Source of the DNA: an uncultured Gammaproteobacteria bacterium
GTDB lineage: Bacteria; Pseudomonadota; Gammaproteobacteria; Arenicellales; JAANXG01
DNA: 64,000 nucleotides
Assembly: GCA_947258495.1 (NCBI GenBank)
Contig: CAMYIN010000172.1
Location: forward strand, 61 to 64,060
Direction of reading: 5' to 3'
The notes under the pieces were generated by a model. It saw only the letters and a program-made list of their open reading frames with translations, did no database searches and was not told the DNA's origin. Made by a program: the position numbers and the translations under genes. Of this stretch, positions 31,700-41,193 are shown piece after piece (the stretch's first letter is position 1; every line of letters starts with the position of its first letter).

Positions 31700-33595
31700 T
31701 TACGTCGACCGGTGTTGCGGCAGTCGCAGGGGATGGAACAACCTGCCTCCGCCCGTGAAAAAGCGCCTGAAAAACTCAAACATGACCAGACGTGTCGTCT
31801 GTATGGAAACGACCAAGCCCTCCAGCACGATGATAATGCCGTTGCCGAGGACGAATATCAGGGTCCGGAGGACAACATTGTCCGGCATCGCACTGAGCGC
31901 CATCACCGCGGCGCTCAAGCCGGAATGGGCCAGGGCGAACGCGCCCAAGCGCGCGAAAGACACGGTATTGATCGCGAGCTGAAAGACGGATTCCAGCAAC
32001 CCCATCACGCGCGCTGCGGTGTTCTTGAAAATGCCGCCGCTGCCGCCTGTCCGATACCCATCAACGACCGACGCGGCCAGAAACCAGAGTAAAGACAGCG
32101 CCGCCAGGACCAATGCCGCATTCCAGGAGACGAGGCCTACGGCCACGCTTGCGTACATCGCGATCACGGGCGCTTCGTACCCCCACCAGCGGTCGAGCGC
32201 GCGCTGCCAGCGCGCCTGAACGCCGCCGAGAAGCATGCCCGAGAGCAGCATCAGCCAGCCGAATCCGATCGGAATCAGGAGTATCAACAAGGGATGTTCG
32301 AGGGGCGTCAGCCAGATGGGCGGCAATCGGTGCTCGATGCAGAAAACCGAGCCGAACAGAAAACCAAAAAACATGGAACTCAATCCCCCGACCATCAGCA
32401 ACTCCATGATCGGCAGGCGCTTGCGCGCCAGCCATCCGACCAGCATCAGGACGGCCCCGTGCCCCACATCGCCGAACATGTAACCGAACATCAACGGCGT
32501 CATGACGGCGAGCACCGGGCTGGGATCGATCTCGTCGGCGCCGGGAACGCCGAACCCGGTCACCAGGCGTTCGAACCGCCGTATCCACGGCGGATTATCG
32601 AACTCCACCGGAGGAACACCGTGTTCACGGGCCGGTTCTCGATTGATCAGGAACGGGATCCCGCCGCGCTGCAGCGCCGCCACCAGATCGCGGTAACGCG
32701 ACGCCGGCGCCCATCCCCCCAACCACACGAATCGCGCCCCCACCAAGGAATCCTCCAGGACCTCGTGCAGCCATAGATGTTGCCGCAACAACCAGAGTTC
32801 GCCGGCGATGCACGAGCGGCGATTCAGCGCCTCCAGCTCCCCACGCAGACGGGCACAGATGCGGCGTTGCTCCGCCACGAGTCCGCGCGCATGCGACAGC
32901 GCCGCGCTTCGGGATCGGGGGATGTCCGCGGGCACGCGGACGAAGCGCATGCCCCGACTGTGGAAGCGCCTTTCGAGCTCGGGCAGCTTGTCGCGATCGG
33001 TCACACCCACGACCAGCACCCGCGCGTCCGCAGATTCGGCGTCATCGGCGACCTTCGTCAGCGGATAGGCCCGGCCGATGGCATCAACGCCCGCCGCGGT
33101 CAGCAGATCGACGTCGTCGCTGCGGCCCAGCGCCAGGAAAGGCGGGAACCTGCGTGCGCTTTTGCCGGACAACAACTGCACATCGAGGCCCTCCTCGGGC
33201 AGGTTCCGGAGACAGGTTTCGAGCACAACGAGTTCTTCCAGACGGGATACCGCCTGCTGCAGATCCTCGGAGATCGGCAGCGCAGCGCTGAGCCAGTGTT
33301 CGAAGCTGCGCTCGAGCTCTGCCACCACCACCGCGGTCGGCATAGACCGACGCCGGGCCTCGACCATCTCCACATCCGCTGCGGGTAGATGGCGGCGTAC
33401 GCCGTCGAGGCTGCGCTGCAGATGCAAAAGGCGATTGCGCATGCGGTCGTCCCGCTCGATTTCGAACGGCGGCTGCGAACGATCGTAGCGCTGTAATTCC
33501 AGCACCCCCAGTTGTCCCAGCACCTGCAGCGCCGCGGCTATCGAATCGCGATCCACGAGGAGGTCGACCCATACCATCTCCACGGGGCGAAACAT
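31700..33595 (-). CDS. ntpI: V/A-type ATPase subunit I (a)
   Basis: 631 aa. Soluble N-terminal half, polytopic C-terminal half ending ...SFARLGAFALAHSGLS...LEGLVVSIQTTRLVMFEFF, which carries the conserved Arg region. Confidence 0.88.
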   Translation of the reverse strand: MFRPVEMVWVDLLVDRDSIAAALQVLGQLGVLELQRYDRSQPPFEIERDDRMRNRLLHLQRSLDGVRRHLPAADVEMVEARRRSMPTAVVVAELERSFEHWLSAALPISEDLQQAVSRLEELVVLETCLRNLPEEGLDVQLLSGKSARRFPPFLALGRSDDVDLLTAAGVDAIGRAYPLTKVADDAESADARVLVVGVTDRDKLPELERRFHSRGMRFVRVPADIPRSRSAALSHARGLVAEQRRICARLRGELEALNRRSCIAGELWLLRQHLWLHEVLEDSLVGARFVWLGGWAPASRYRDLVAALQRGGIPFLINREPAREHGVPPVEFDNPPWIRRFERLVTGFGVPGADEIDPSPVLAVMTPLMFGYMFGDVGHGAVLMLVGWLARKRLPIMELLMVGGLSSMFFGFLFGSVFCIEHRLPPIWLTPLEHPLLILLIPIGFGWLMLLSGMLLGGVQARWQRALDRWWGYEAPVIAMYASVAVGLVSWNAALVLAALSLLWFLAASVVDGYRTGGSGGIFKNTAARVMGLLESVFQLAINTVSFARLGAFALAHSGLSAAVMALSAMPDNVVLRTLIFVLGNGIIIVLEGLVVSIQTTRLVMFEFFRRFFTGGGRLFHPLRLPQHRST

Positions 33596-34387
33596 CTACG
33601 TCCCTCCCCCAAGGACCTGGGTCACGGACCAGCGGCGCGACACGGCGATCAGCAGTGCGCGGCATTTTTCGTAATGCAGAATCTCCAGCAGGGCGTACAC
33701 GAGCACGAAGCCCGCGTGGAAAGGTTCGCCGCCGAGAAGCGCACGCAATTCGTCGGCAAGTCTGTCCCTCAGGCGCCATTGCACGCCGAGGTCGAGCGAC
33801 TCGCCCGCGGCGGCACGATCGCGCAGGCGCGCCAACGTCTTCAGGTGCTTGCCGACGCAGCGAAGCAAGCGTCGAACTACGTAGCCTTCACGTCCCCCCA
33901 GGGCGGGGCAATGACGTTCGAAATCCTTCAACCAGACCACCAACGTCGCGGCTTCCGGCGGTGCGCCGGGATCTGGCACAAGCCTTCGCCGGGTCTCGGC
34001 GCGATCCGCGGCGGCCGTCCGCCGTTCGGTGTCGACACGAAGGTCGCGCACGTCAGCGTCTTCGAAGCGCCGCGCGGCCGCCAGTTCGACCCCCCGACGC
34101 AGCCATTGGTCCAGATCGCTCCAGCGTTCGGGCAGCAGGCGAACCAATCGCCCGACCCATCGCCGCAGACCGTCGAACAACGCCTCCTCTATGGCGGCAA
34201 CGTCCGGTGAGCGCGGCAGCGTTTCGACCCAGTGTCCGAGGCCGCTCGCGCGCATGCGGGCGATCAACACGTCGACGTCGGCGGCGTCCGCGAGATACTG
34301 CCAGGTGCGAAGTTCCGGCATGGCGCCGAGGCGCGCGCGCACCCGGGCCTGCGCCTCCGCAAATTCGAAATTTCGCTTCAAACCCAC
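33596..34387 (-). CDS. ntpC: V/A-type ATPase subunit C (d, AC39 family), short form
   Basis: 263 aa, GTG start. The pattern FAEAQARVRARLGAMPELRTWQYLADAADVDVLIARMRASG matches the AC39-type N-terminus. First gene of the operon. Confidence 0.55.
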   Translation of the reverse strand: MGLKRNFEFAEAQARVRARLGAMPELRTWQYLADAADVDVLIARMRASGLGHWVETLPRSPDVAAIEEALFDGLRRWVGRLVRLLPERWSDLDQWLRRGVELAAARRFEDADVRDLRVDTERRTAAADRAETRRRLVPDPGAPPEAATLVVWLKDFERHCPALGGREGYVVRRLLRCVGKHLKTLARLRDRAAAGESLDLGVQWRLRDRLADELRALLGGEPFHAGFVLVYALLEILHYEKCRALLIAVSRRWSVTQVLGGGT

Positions 34388-34587
34388 AGCTTTCGTCGCC
34401 CAATCCTCGCCACCCGCGCTCTGTCGCGGGCCTCACCGGGCTCATTTTGGCCCCAGCCTTTTGTCCTAATCATGATCCCGATCAATTAGTTACGATATCG
34501 TCATTGTATTCTGTCGGTGCCCGCCCGCGGCCCCATGTCGGCGTGACCGCGGCGTGGCGGCGCACGCAGGGCGCCCGACGGCGAACG

Positions 34588-34920
34588 ATGACGCGATCGA
34601 CTAATCCCATACAGCAGGTGCTGGCCGCCGAGCGCGCGGCGGAAGAGGCCATCGAAGCGGCACGCGGGGAGGCCGAGACCGCCGTCTCCGAGTATCGCAG
34701 GTCGGTCCCGCACACGCTGCGCAGAAACGAAGCGCGCACGCAACGCGCGGTGGAACGCTACGAACGGAAACAGGCGCAACGGCGCGCCGCTGCGGCCGGC
34801 GCGCTACGCGCCCAGGTCGCCGCGGAACTGGCTCAGGAAAAGGTGTTGCTCGAAGAGGAATTCGCGCACATCGTTGACGACATCTTCAACGAGTTCTGGC
34901 CCCGCAACGGAACCGATTGA
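34588..34920 (+). CDS. small coiled-coil protein resembling V-ATPase peripheral-stalk subunit G/H
   Basis: 110 aa from the internal ATG of ORF 33655..34920. MTRSTNPIQQVLAAERAAEEAIEAARGEAETAVSEYRR... Divergent from the ATPase operon, with a 200-bp gap. Confidence 0.45.
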   Translation: MTRSTNPIQQVLAAERAAEEAIEAARGEAETAVSEYRRSVPHTLRRNEARTQRAVERYERKQAQRRAAAAGALRAQVAAELAQEKVLLEEEFAHIVDDIFNEFWPRNGTD

Positions 34921-34966
34921 TACTCGGTGCAGACCCCACACCCGCGCCGAGCGGGGCGGTGGGTGA

Positions 34967-37567
34967 TCAGGCCACCTTCGCGTCGCCGACACCGCCTTTG
35001 GTGAAGGCGAAACCGTCGCCCTCGACATCTACCTTGACCGTGTCCCCGGCGGCAAAACGGGCCCCCAGAATCTCCTGCGCCAGCGGATTTTCGATCATGG
35101 TCTGGATCGCACGCTTCAAAGGCCGGGCCCCGTACACCGGATCGAATCCCGCGGTCGACAGTTTCTCCACCGCCGCCTCCGTGAGCTCCAGGCCGATGTC
35201 GCGGGCCCGCAGGCGATCGCGCAGGTATTGCACCTGGATCCTGGCGATGGCGTGCAGCTGCTCCCGCCCCAACGGGTGGAACACCACGATATCGTCGACG
35301 CGGTTGACGAACTCCGGACGGAAATGCTGGCCGACGATCTCCATCACCGCCGACTTCATGCGGTCGTAGTTCTCCTCACCGGCGAGTTCTTGAATCACCT
35401 GGGAACCCAGGTTCGAGGTCATGATGACCACGGTGTTTCGGAAATCCACCGTGCGCCCGTGACCATCGGTCAAGCGACCGTCGTCCAGGACCTGCAGCAG
35501 GATGTTGAACACCTCGGGATGGGCTTTCTCGACCTCGTCCATCAAGATGACGGAATACGGTTTGCGTCTCACCGCCTCGGTCAGGTATCCGCCTTCCTCG
35601 TAGCCGACGTATCCGGGGGGCGCCCCGATCAACCGCGCCACGGAGTGTTTCTCCATGAACTCCGACATGTCGATGCGCACGGTCGCCTCCTCGGTGTCGA
35701 ACAGGAACTGCGCCAGCGCCTTGGACAGTTCGGTCTTACCCACGCCGGTGGGGCCGAGGAACAGGAACGAACCGTAGGGCCGATTCGGGTCGGAGAGACC
35801 GGCGCGGGAGCGACGGATGGCGTTGGACACTGCAGCGATGGCCTCGTCCTGGCCCACTACACGCCGGTGCAACTCGTCTTCCATGCGCAGCAGCTTCTCC
35901 CGCTCGCCCTCCATCATCTTGGACACCGGGATTCCGGTCCATTTGGAAACGACCTCGGCGATCTCCTCTTCGCTGACGCTGTTGCGCAGCAGCCGTGTCT
36001 CCTGTTTCTCCGCCTGTTGCGCCGCCACGAGCTCTTTCTCGAGTTCCGGGATGCGGCCGTATTGGAGCTCGGACATGCGCGTCAGGTCCCCCGCGCGCTG
36101 CGCGGTCTCCAGTTCGAGTCGCGCCTTGTCCAGGGACTCTTTGATGTGCTGGGCCCCCTGCACCGCCGCTTTCTCCGCCTTCCATACCTCTTCCAGATCG
36201 GAGTATTGCGCTTCCAGGGCCGCGATCTCCGATTCCAGATCGGCGAGGCGTTTCTTCGAGGCCTCGTCGGACTCCTTCTTCAGGGCCTCGCGCTCGATCT
36301 TCAACTGAATCAAACGCCGGTCCAGGCGATCCATCTCCTCGGGCTTGGAATCGATCTCCATGCGTATACGGCTCGCCGCCTCGTCGATCAGATCGATCGC
36401 CTTGTCCGGCAGATTCCGGTCGGTGATATAACGGTGCGACAGCGTGGTCGCGGCGACGATGGCCGGGTCGGTGATGTCGACCCCGTGGTGGACCTCGTAC
36501 TTCTCCTTCAGGCCGCGCAGGATGGCGATGGTGTCTTCGACGCTGGGCTCGTCGACCAGCACCTTTTGGAAGCGGCGCTCCAACGCCGCATCCTTCTCCA
36601 CGTATTTGCGGTACTCGTCCAAGGTCGTGGCGCCGATGCAGTGCAGCTCGCCGCGTGCCAGCGCGGGCTTGAGCATGTTGCCGGCGTCCATGGCGCCCTC
36701 GGCCTTTCCGGCGCCGACCATGGTGTGCAGCTCGTCAATAAAGAGGATGATCTGTCCCTCCTGTTTCGCCAGGTCTGTCAACACCGCCTTCATCCTTTCC
36801 TCGAATTCGCCGCGGAATTTGGTACCCGCAATCAACGCGCCCATGTCCAAGGCCAACAGACGTTTGCCCTTTACCCCGTCCGGCACTTCTCCATTGACGA
36901 TTCTCTGCGCCAAGCCCTCGACGATCGCGGTCTTGCCGACACCCGGCTCACCGATCAACACCGGGTTGTTTTTCGTCCGCCGCTGCAGCACCTGCACCAC
37001 GCGACGGATCTCGTCGTCGCGGCCGATGACCGGATCCAGTTTCCCCTGCTCCGCGCGTTCGGTAACGTCTATGGTGAATTTCTTCAGCGCCTGACGGTGC
37101 TCTTCCGCGTTCGGGTCGTCGACCTTCTGACCCCCGCGCATGTCGTCGATGGCTTTTTCCAGGGCGACCTTGGAAGCGCCGGCGTCGCGCAGCAACTCTC
37201 CCAGCCTGCCCTTTTCCTCCACCGCAGCGAGCACGAACAGTTCGCTGGAGATATAGGAGTCCTGGCGCTGCTGCGCGAGCTTGTCGGTCTGGTTCAGCAG
37301 CCGGCCTAGTTCATTGGAAATGTGAAGATCGCCCTCCTGTCCCTGGACCTGAGGCAGGTGGTCCAGAGCGTCCCCCAGATTGGAGCGCAATTTGTTGACG
37401 TTCACGTCCGCCTGCGTCAATAGATGCCGCACCGTGCCGCCTTCCTGGTCCAGGAGCGCGATCATGACGTGCAGCGGCTCGATGAACTGGTGGTCGCGGC
37501 CGACCGCCAGACTCTGGGCATCCGCCAGCGCCATCTGAAATTTCGACGTGAGTTTGTCCATCCGCAT
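34967..37567 (-). CDS. clpB: ATP-dependent chaperone ClpB
   Basis: 866 aa. Two AAA+ modules ([16 protein letters not shown]) and a middle coiled-coil. Confidence 0.97.
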   Translation of the reverse strand: MRMDKLTSKFQMALADAQSLAVGRDHQFIEPLHVMIALLDQEGGTVRHLLTQADVNVNKLRSNLGDALDHLPQVQGQEGDLHISNELGRLLNQTDKLAQQRQDSYISSELFVLAAVEEKGRLGELLRDAGASKVALEKAIDDMRGGQKVDDPNAEEHRQALKKFTIDVTERAEQGKLDPVIGRDDEIRRVVQVLQRRTKNNPVLIGEPGVGKTAIVEGLAQRIVNGEVPDGVKGKRLLALDMGALIAGTKFRGEFEERMKAVLTDLAKQEGQIILFIDELHTMVGAGKAEGAMDAGNMLKPALARGELHCIGATTLDEYRKYVEKDAALERRFQKVLVDEPSVEDTIAILRGLKEKYEVHHGVDITDPAIVAATTLSHRYITDRNLPDKAIDLIDEAASRIRMEIDSKPEEMDRLDRRLIQLKIEREALKKESDEASKKRLADLESEIAALEAQYSDLEEVWKAEKAAVQGAQHIKESLDKARLELETAQRAGDLTRMSELQYGRIPELEKELVAAQQAEKQETRLLRNSVSEEEIAEVVSKWTGIPVSKMMEGEREKLLRMEDELHRRVVGQDEAIAAVSNAIRRSRAGLSDPNRPYGSFLFLGPTGVGKTELSKALAQFLFDTEEATVRIDMSEFMEKHSVARLIGAPPGYVGYEEGGYLTEAVRRKPYSVILMDEVEKAHPEVFNILLQVLDDGRLTDGHGRTVDFRNTVVIMTSNLGSQVIQELAGEENYDRMKSAVMEIVGQHFRPEFVNRVDDIVVFHPLGREQLHAIARIQVQYLRDRLRARDIGLELTEAAVEKLSTAGFDPVYGARPLKRAIQTMIENPLAQEILGARFAAGDTVKVDVEGDGFAFTKGGVGDAKVA

Positions 37568-37601
37568 CGCGGTTCTCCCGATTGTTCGTTGATTTCACTC
37601 T

Positions 37602-37630
37602 AGATGGGGCAGATGTCCCCGGTATTCAAG
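37602..37630 (-). promoter_or_regulatory. sigma32-type heat-shock promoter upstream of clpB
   Basis: On the minus strand: CTTGAA (37625-37630), 15 nt, then CCCCATCT (37602-37609). Close to the consensus. Confidence 0.6.
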
Positions 37631-38330
37631 CGGTTACTGGTACACGATGGACGAAATCGCTGAGTATACGCAGCGCCGCCTCGTCCTTGGAATCCGCTAC
37701 CGTGATCGCCGCGGCGGCTTCGATGCGCGCACGGCTGCGCAGAACGACCGAGAGAATGATTTGTCCCACGCCTTTGATCCCGGAGATGCGCAGGGGAATG
37801 ATGGGGACCCCGGCGAGATGGGCGAGCGCGACCACGCCCCGCTTCAGCGCCACCGGACCTTCGCCGGGTTGGCGAATGCGTCCCTGGGGAAAGACGCCGA
37901 TCACGGCGCCCTTTTCCAGCGCCCGAAGCGCTTCCTGAAACGCCTTTTCCGGTTTTCCACTGCGATCCACCGGGATACAGCCGATGAGTCGAAATAACCA
38001 GTGGAGCGATCTTCGGTGGTACTGCTCGGTGGCGATCATGAATCGAACCGGCCTCGGGCACGACGCAATCATCAACATCGGGTCCAGTCCGGACAAGTGA
38101 TTGGCGGCGAGCAGCGCGCCCCCGGTGGCCGGCAAGTGGATGGTATCCGCTTCCAGCCCGTGGTAGCGGCGGCAGAATATGCGGTTGAGACCGTCGAGAC
38201 GATTGAGCCACTTGCCGCCCCAATCCGCGCCGTTCGCGCGATCCAGGCGGTACGCCACCGAGCGCCAGGCCAAGACCACAAGCAACAGCGCTATCAGGCC
38301 GGCCAGCCAGATGAGGAATTGCTCTGACAC
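37626..38330 (-). CDS. lysophospholipid (1-acyl-sn-glycerol-3-phosphate-type) acyltransferase, PlsC family
   Basis: 234 aa. N-terminal TM, H(X)4D motif in AANHLSGLDP, then VFPQGRI. Confidence 0.75.
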   Translation of the reverse strand: MSEQFLIWLAGLIALLLVVLAWRSVAYRLDRANGADWGGKWLNRLDGLNRIFCRRYHGLEADTIHLPATGGALLAANHLSGLDPMLMIASCPRPVRFMIATEQYHRRSLHWLFRLIGCIPVDRSGKPEKAFQEALRALEKGAVIGVFPQGRIRQPGEGPVALKRGVVALAHLAGVPIIPLRISGIKGVGQIILSVVLRSRARIEAAAAITVADSKDEAALRILSDFVHRVPVTA

Positions 38331-38345
38331 GAAGATCGGCCTGAG

Positions 38346-39896
38346 TCAGTTCTTGTGTATTTCGAACTGGTCGAAAATCGCGGGTAGATCCTTCAAGGAG
38401 ACCTTTCCCAATGGCGTCCTCGGCAGTTCCTCCACCACCGCGTATCGCACGATGTGGTTGTGGCTGGACACGCGGCCGTTGAAGTCCCGTATGACGCGTT
38501 TCGCCTTCGCCTCCTGCTCGGGGGGATCGATCGCCAGCACCGCGGCGGGCCGCAGGTCCACTTCGATGACTCCCGCTTCCTTCAATGTGGAATCGCGTTC
38601 CAACAGCACCTCCAGGTCCTCGGGATACACGTTTTTTCCCGCCTCGGTTACGATCAACCGCTTGCTGCGACCGGTGATCACGATCTTGCCGTCCACCAGA
38701 CGGGCGATATCACCGGTCTTGTACCAGCCGCTATCCATGCACTCGCGGGTCTGCTCTTCGTCTACGTACCCGAGCATCACGTTCGGACCGGAAACCCAGA
38801 GCTCTCCGGCACCGGTCGCGTCGGGATCGTTGATGCGCACGCGCACGCCGGGCAAGGGTTCGCCGACGCTCTCGAGGAGTGGGTCGTTCTGCCTCTGCAC
38901 GCTCACGACCGGTGAACACTCGGTGAGCCCGTAGCCTTGAATCAGCGGCAGGCCGATATCGCGGAAGAACTCGCCTATTTTCGGGTCGAGCCGTGATCCG
39001 CCGCTGAGCCAACACGTTATCTTTCCTCCGAGTTTGTGGCGGATGGGCCAATTCAAGTGTCGTCGCAGGGACAACGGCGTTTTTCGCAGCAACGCAAGAT
39101 ATATACGCAGCCCCGCGCCGCCATCCGAAAATCGCTTCTGCATGTTCAACATGATGTTACGAAACAGGCGCGGCACGGCTATCACCATGGTGATCTTCTC
39201 TTCCACCAGGGCCTCTATGATTTCGTTCGCCGCCAGCACCCGGGGCAACACGATGGTGGCGCCGCAGTGAAGAGGCAGAAGCATGCCTCCGGTCAACTCC
39301 ATGGCGTGCGACAGCGGCAACAGCGACAAGAAGCGGTCACGGGGACCGATGGGAATGTCGATATTGGAGGAGGCCAGCACGTTCGAAATGATGTTACTGT
39401 GGGACAACCGCACCATTTTCGGATTGCCCGTGCTCCCCGAGGTATAGATTCGAACCGCCTCGTCGTTCGCGCGCGGCGAAAAATCGCTCGGATTTTCGGA
39501 ATCCGCGAGCGTGTCCGCGAGTTCGATCGACTCGGTGTTCTTCAGACCCCGGTGTTCGCCCTGGTACAGAATCAATTTGGGCGCCAACGCCTGGGCCTGG
39601 ATACTCAGCTCTTCGTCGCTGTTGCCGGTGTGCAACGGCGCAACTACCGCGCCCAATTTCCAGCAGGCTAGGGCCGTGGCCCCCCACTCGGGGCCGTTGG
39701 GCGAAAGGATGCCGACCCGATCGCCGGCCCGGATCCCGCAGTCGTGCAGCCGCCGGGCCAGATGCCGCGCGTAGGCATCGATCTGGGTATAGGTGTACTG
39801 TTCTCTCCGGCCCTTGCTCTGGCGCCGCACCCAACACAGCTGCTGCGGATAACGCTGCAGGGCTTCGTGCGTCAGGGACCAGAGATTGTCGGCCAT
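38346..39896 (-). CDS. AMP-dependent synthetase/ligase (long-chain acyl-CoA / acyl-ACP synthetase-like)
   Basis: 516 aa. AMP-binding signature IYTSGSTGNPKMV, plus GYGLTE and YKTGD motifs. Confidence 0.85.
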   Translation of the reverse strand: MADNLWSLTHEALQRYPQQLCWVRRQSKGRREQYTYTQIDAYARHLARRLHDCGIRAGDRVGILSPNGPEWGATALACWKLGAVVAPLHTGNSDEELSIQAQALAPKLILYQGEHRGLKNTESIELADTLADSENPSDFSPRANDEAVRIYTSGSTGNPKMVRLSHSNIISNVLASSNIDIPIGPRDRFLSLLPLSHAMELTGGMLLPLHCGATIVLPRVLAANEIIEALVEEKITMVIAVPRLFRNIMLNMQKRFSDGGAGLRIYLALLRKTPLSLRRHLNWPIRHKLGGKITCWLSGGSRLDPKIGEFFRDIGLPLIQGYGLTECSPVVSVQRQNDPLLESVGEPLPGVRVRINDPDATGAGELWVSGPNVMLGYVDEEQTRECMDSGWYKTGDIARLVDGKIVITGRSKRLIVTEAGKNVYPEDLEVLLERDSTLKEAGVIEVDLRPAAVLAIDPPEQEAKAKRVIRDFNGRVSSHNHIVRYAVVEELPRTPLGKVSLKDLPAIFDQFEIHKN

Positions 39897-40024
39897 GCGG
39901 AATTCTCGCGATCTGCTATGCAGTTTGTTTCGATTTCACGGACGGGGCGCAGGATCCGCCGCTGCCGAGTGCGAGCACCTCCACCGACTCGGCGGCGTGC
40001 GCGGGTGTATTCGCACGCGTCCGG

Positions 40025-41143
40025 CTACTGCGGCCGCGCGACGATGAGGGAGAAATAACCATTTTCCGGTTCGTAATGACGTTCGATAACCATGTCGGCC
40101 TCACGGAAAAGCCGTGCCAGCGATTCGACCGTAAATTTCCGGCTGATCTCCGTCAAGATGCTCTCTCTACGATCGAACCCCACCGTGAGATCCAAGGCCG
40201 AGATCGTCACTTGCTGCGACAAGCGCGATACCAGGTGCATCTCGATGCGCGCCCGATGGGGATCGTAAAACGCCCGGTGCTCGAAGGATTCCAGGTCGAA
40301 GGCGGCATCCAGTTCCCGGTTGATGACGCGCAGCACGTTTTTATTGAACTGCGCGGTAACACCTTCTTCGTCGTTGTAGGCGCGGTCCAGAACGGCCGTG
40401 TCTTTGACCCGATCCGCGCCGAGAAGCAGACGATCGTCGTCGTCCATTTGGGCGCGTATCGAGGAGATCAACTCTACGGCGTCATCATGCTCGAAGTTGC
40501 CAATGGTTCCTCCGAGAAAGACAAACAGCTTGTTCCCTTCTCCATTCCGGACGCGTTCGTGATTCAGTCCGTTCTCGTAATCGGCAACCAATACGTCGAC
40601 GGTCAAGGGCGAAAATCGCCTGATCAATCGTTCACCCGCCTCCACCAGGGCTTGTTCCGAAATATCGATCGAGATGTAGCGCAAAGGGGAAACCTCATCA
40701 ATTGCCGCTCGAAGCAATACTTCGGTCTTCTTCGAAGAGCCACTTCCGAGCTCTACGATCACCGCCGGATCGGTCAGCGCTACGACGTCGTTGACGACAT
40801 CCTGCAATAAACCATGTTCGACACGCGTGAGATAGTATTCGGGAGTGTCACATATCTGTTCGAACAACTCCGAGCCACGCTCGTCGTAGAAATACTTCGG
40901 CGGCAGGGTCTTGGGTATGCCCGTCAACCCGTAACGCACGTCTTGAGCAAGATCCGCGTGATCCGTGCCCTGCTGGGTCTTGTGTATGTGAATTCGATCG
41001 TTTAAAACGGCGATACCCTCCTCCGGACCGACGAGGCGCCTCGAGTCTACACGGTGCGCCCGTCGCTCACGTTGTGCGCCCAATACCGTGATATCATTAT
41101 GGGTTTCCGATAAGCCGGGTCCGGTATTATGGAGATGAAGCAT
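40025..41143 (-). CDS. EgtD-like histidine N-alpha-methyltransferase family protein
   Basis: Collinear by eye with mycobacterial EgtD: LPPKYFYDERGSELFEQICDTPEYYLTRVE, VELGSGSSKKT, FLGGTIGNF, AYNDEEGVTAQFNKNVL, FEHRAFYDP. The N-terminus is about 35 aa longer than EgtD, so the start is uncertain. Confidence 0.75.
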   Translation of the reverse strand: MLHLHNTGPGLSETHNDITVLGAQRERRAHRVDSRRLVGPEEGIAVLNDRIHIHKTQQGTDHADLAQDVRYGLTGIPKTLPPKYFYDERGSELFEQICDTPEYYLTRVEHGLLQDVVNDVVALTDPAVIVELGSGSSKKTEVLLRAAIDEVSPLRYISIDISEQALVEAGERLIRRFSPLTVDVLVADYENGLNHERVRNGEGNKLFVFLGGTIGNFEHDDAVELISSIRAQMDDDDRLLLGADRVKDTAVLDRAYNDEEGVTAQFNKNVLRVINRELDAAFDLESFEHRAFYDPHRARIEMHLVSRLSQQVTISALDLTVGFDRRESILTEISRKFTVESLARLFREADMVIERHYEPENGYFSLIVARPQ

Positions 41144-41193
41144 CGGTTCATCAAATACTCGCGGTCGGCGGTGAGTTTTTCGCGAAGCAGCAA

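Noticed and set aside
26515-34387. The assumption that the V-type ATPase must be Na+-coupled because it abuts Na+-NQR.
   Set aside because: The proteolipid sequence lacks the Gln and Ser/Thr ligands of known Na+ sites, so I do not assert Na+ coupling. Ion specificity is left open.
35228-37309. A 693-aa ORF antisense to clpB. Similar long antisense ORFs occur at 11159-12523, 11982-13160, 16202-17137, 24768-26093, 26552-28204, 28882-30063, 45223-45954, 56913-58286 and 59105-60592.
   Set aside because: These are shadow ORFs typical of high-G+C genomes. Their composition is Arg/Gly/His/Pro-rich and they have no motifs. Each lies opposite a gene with unmistakable homology.
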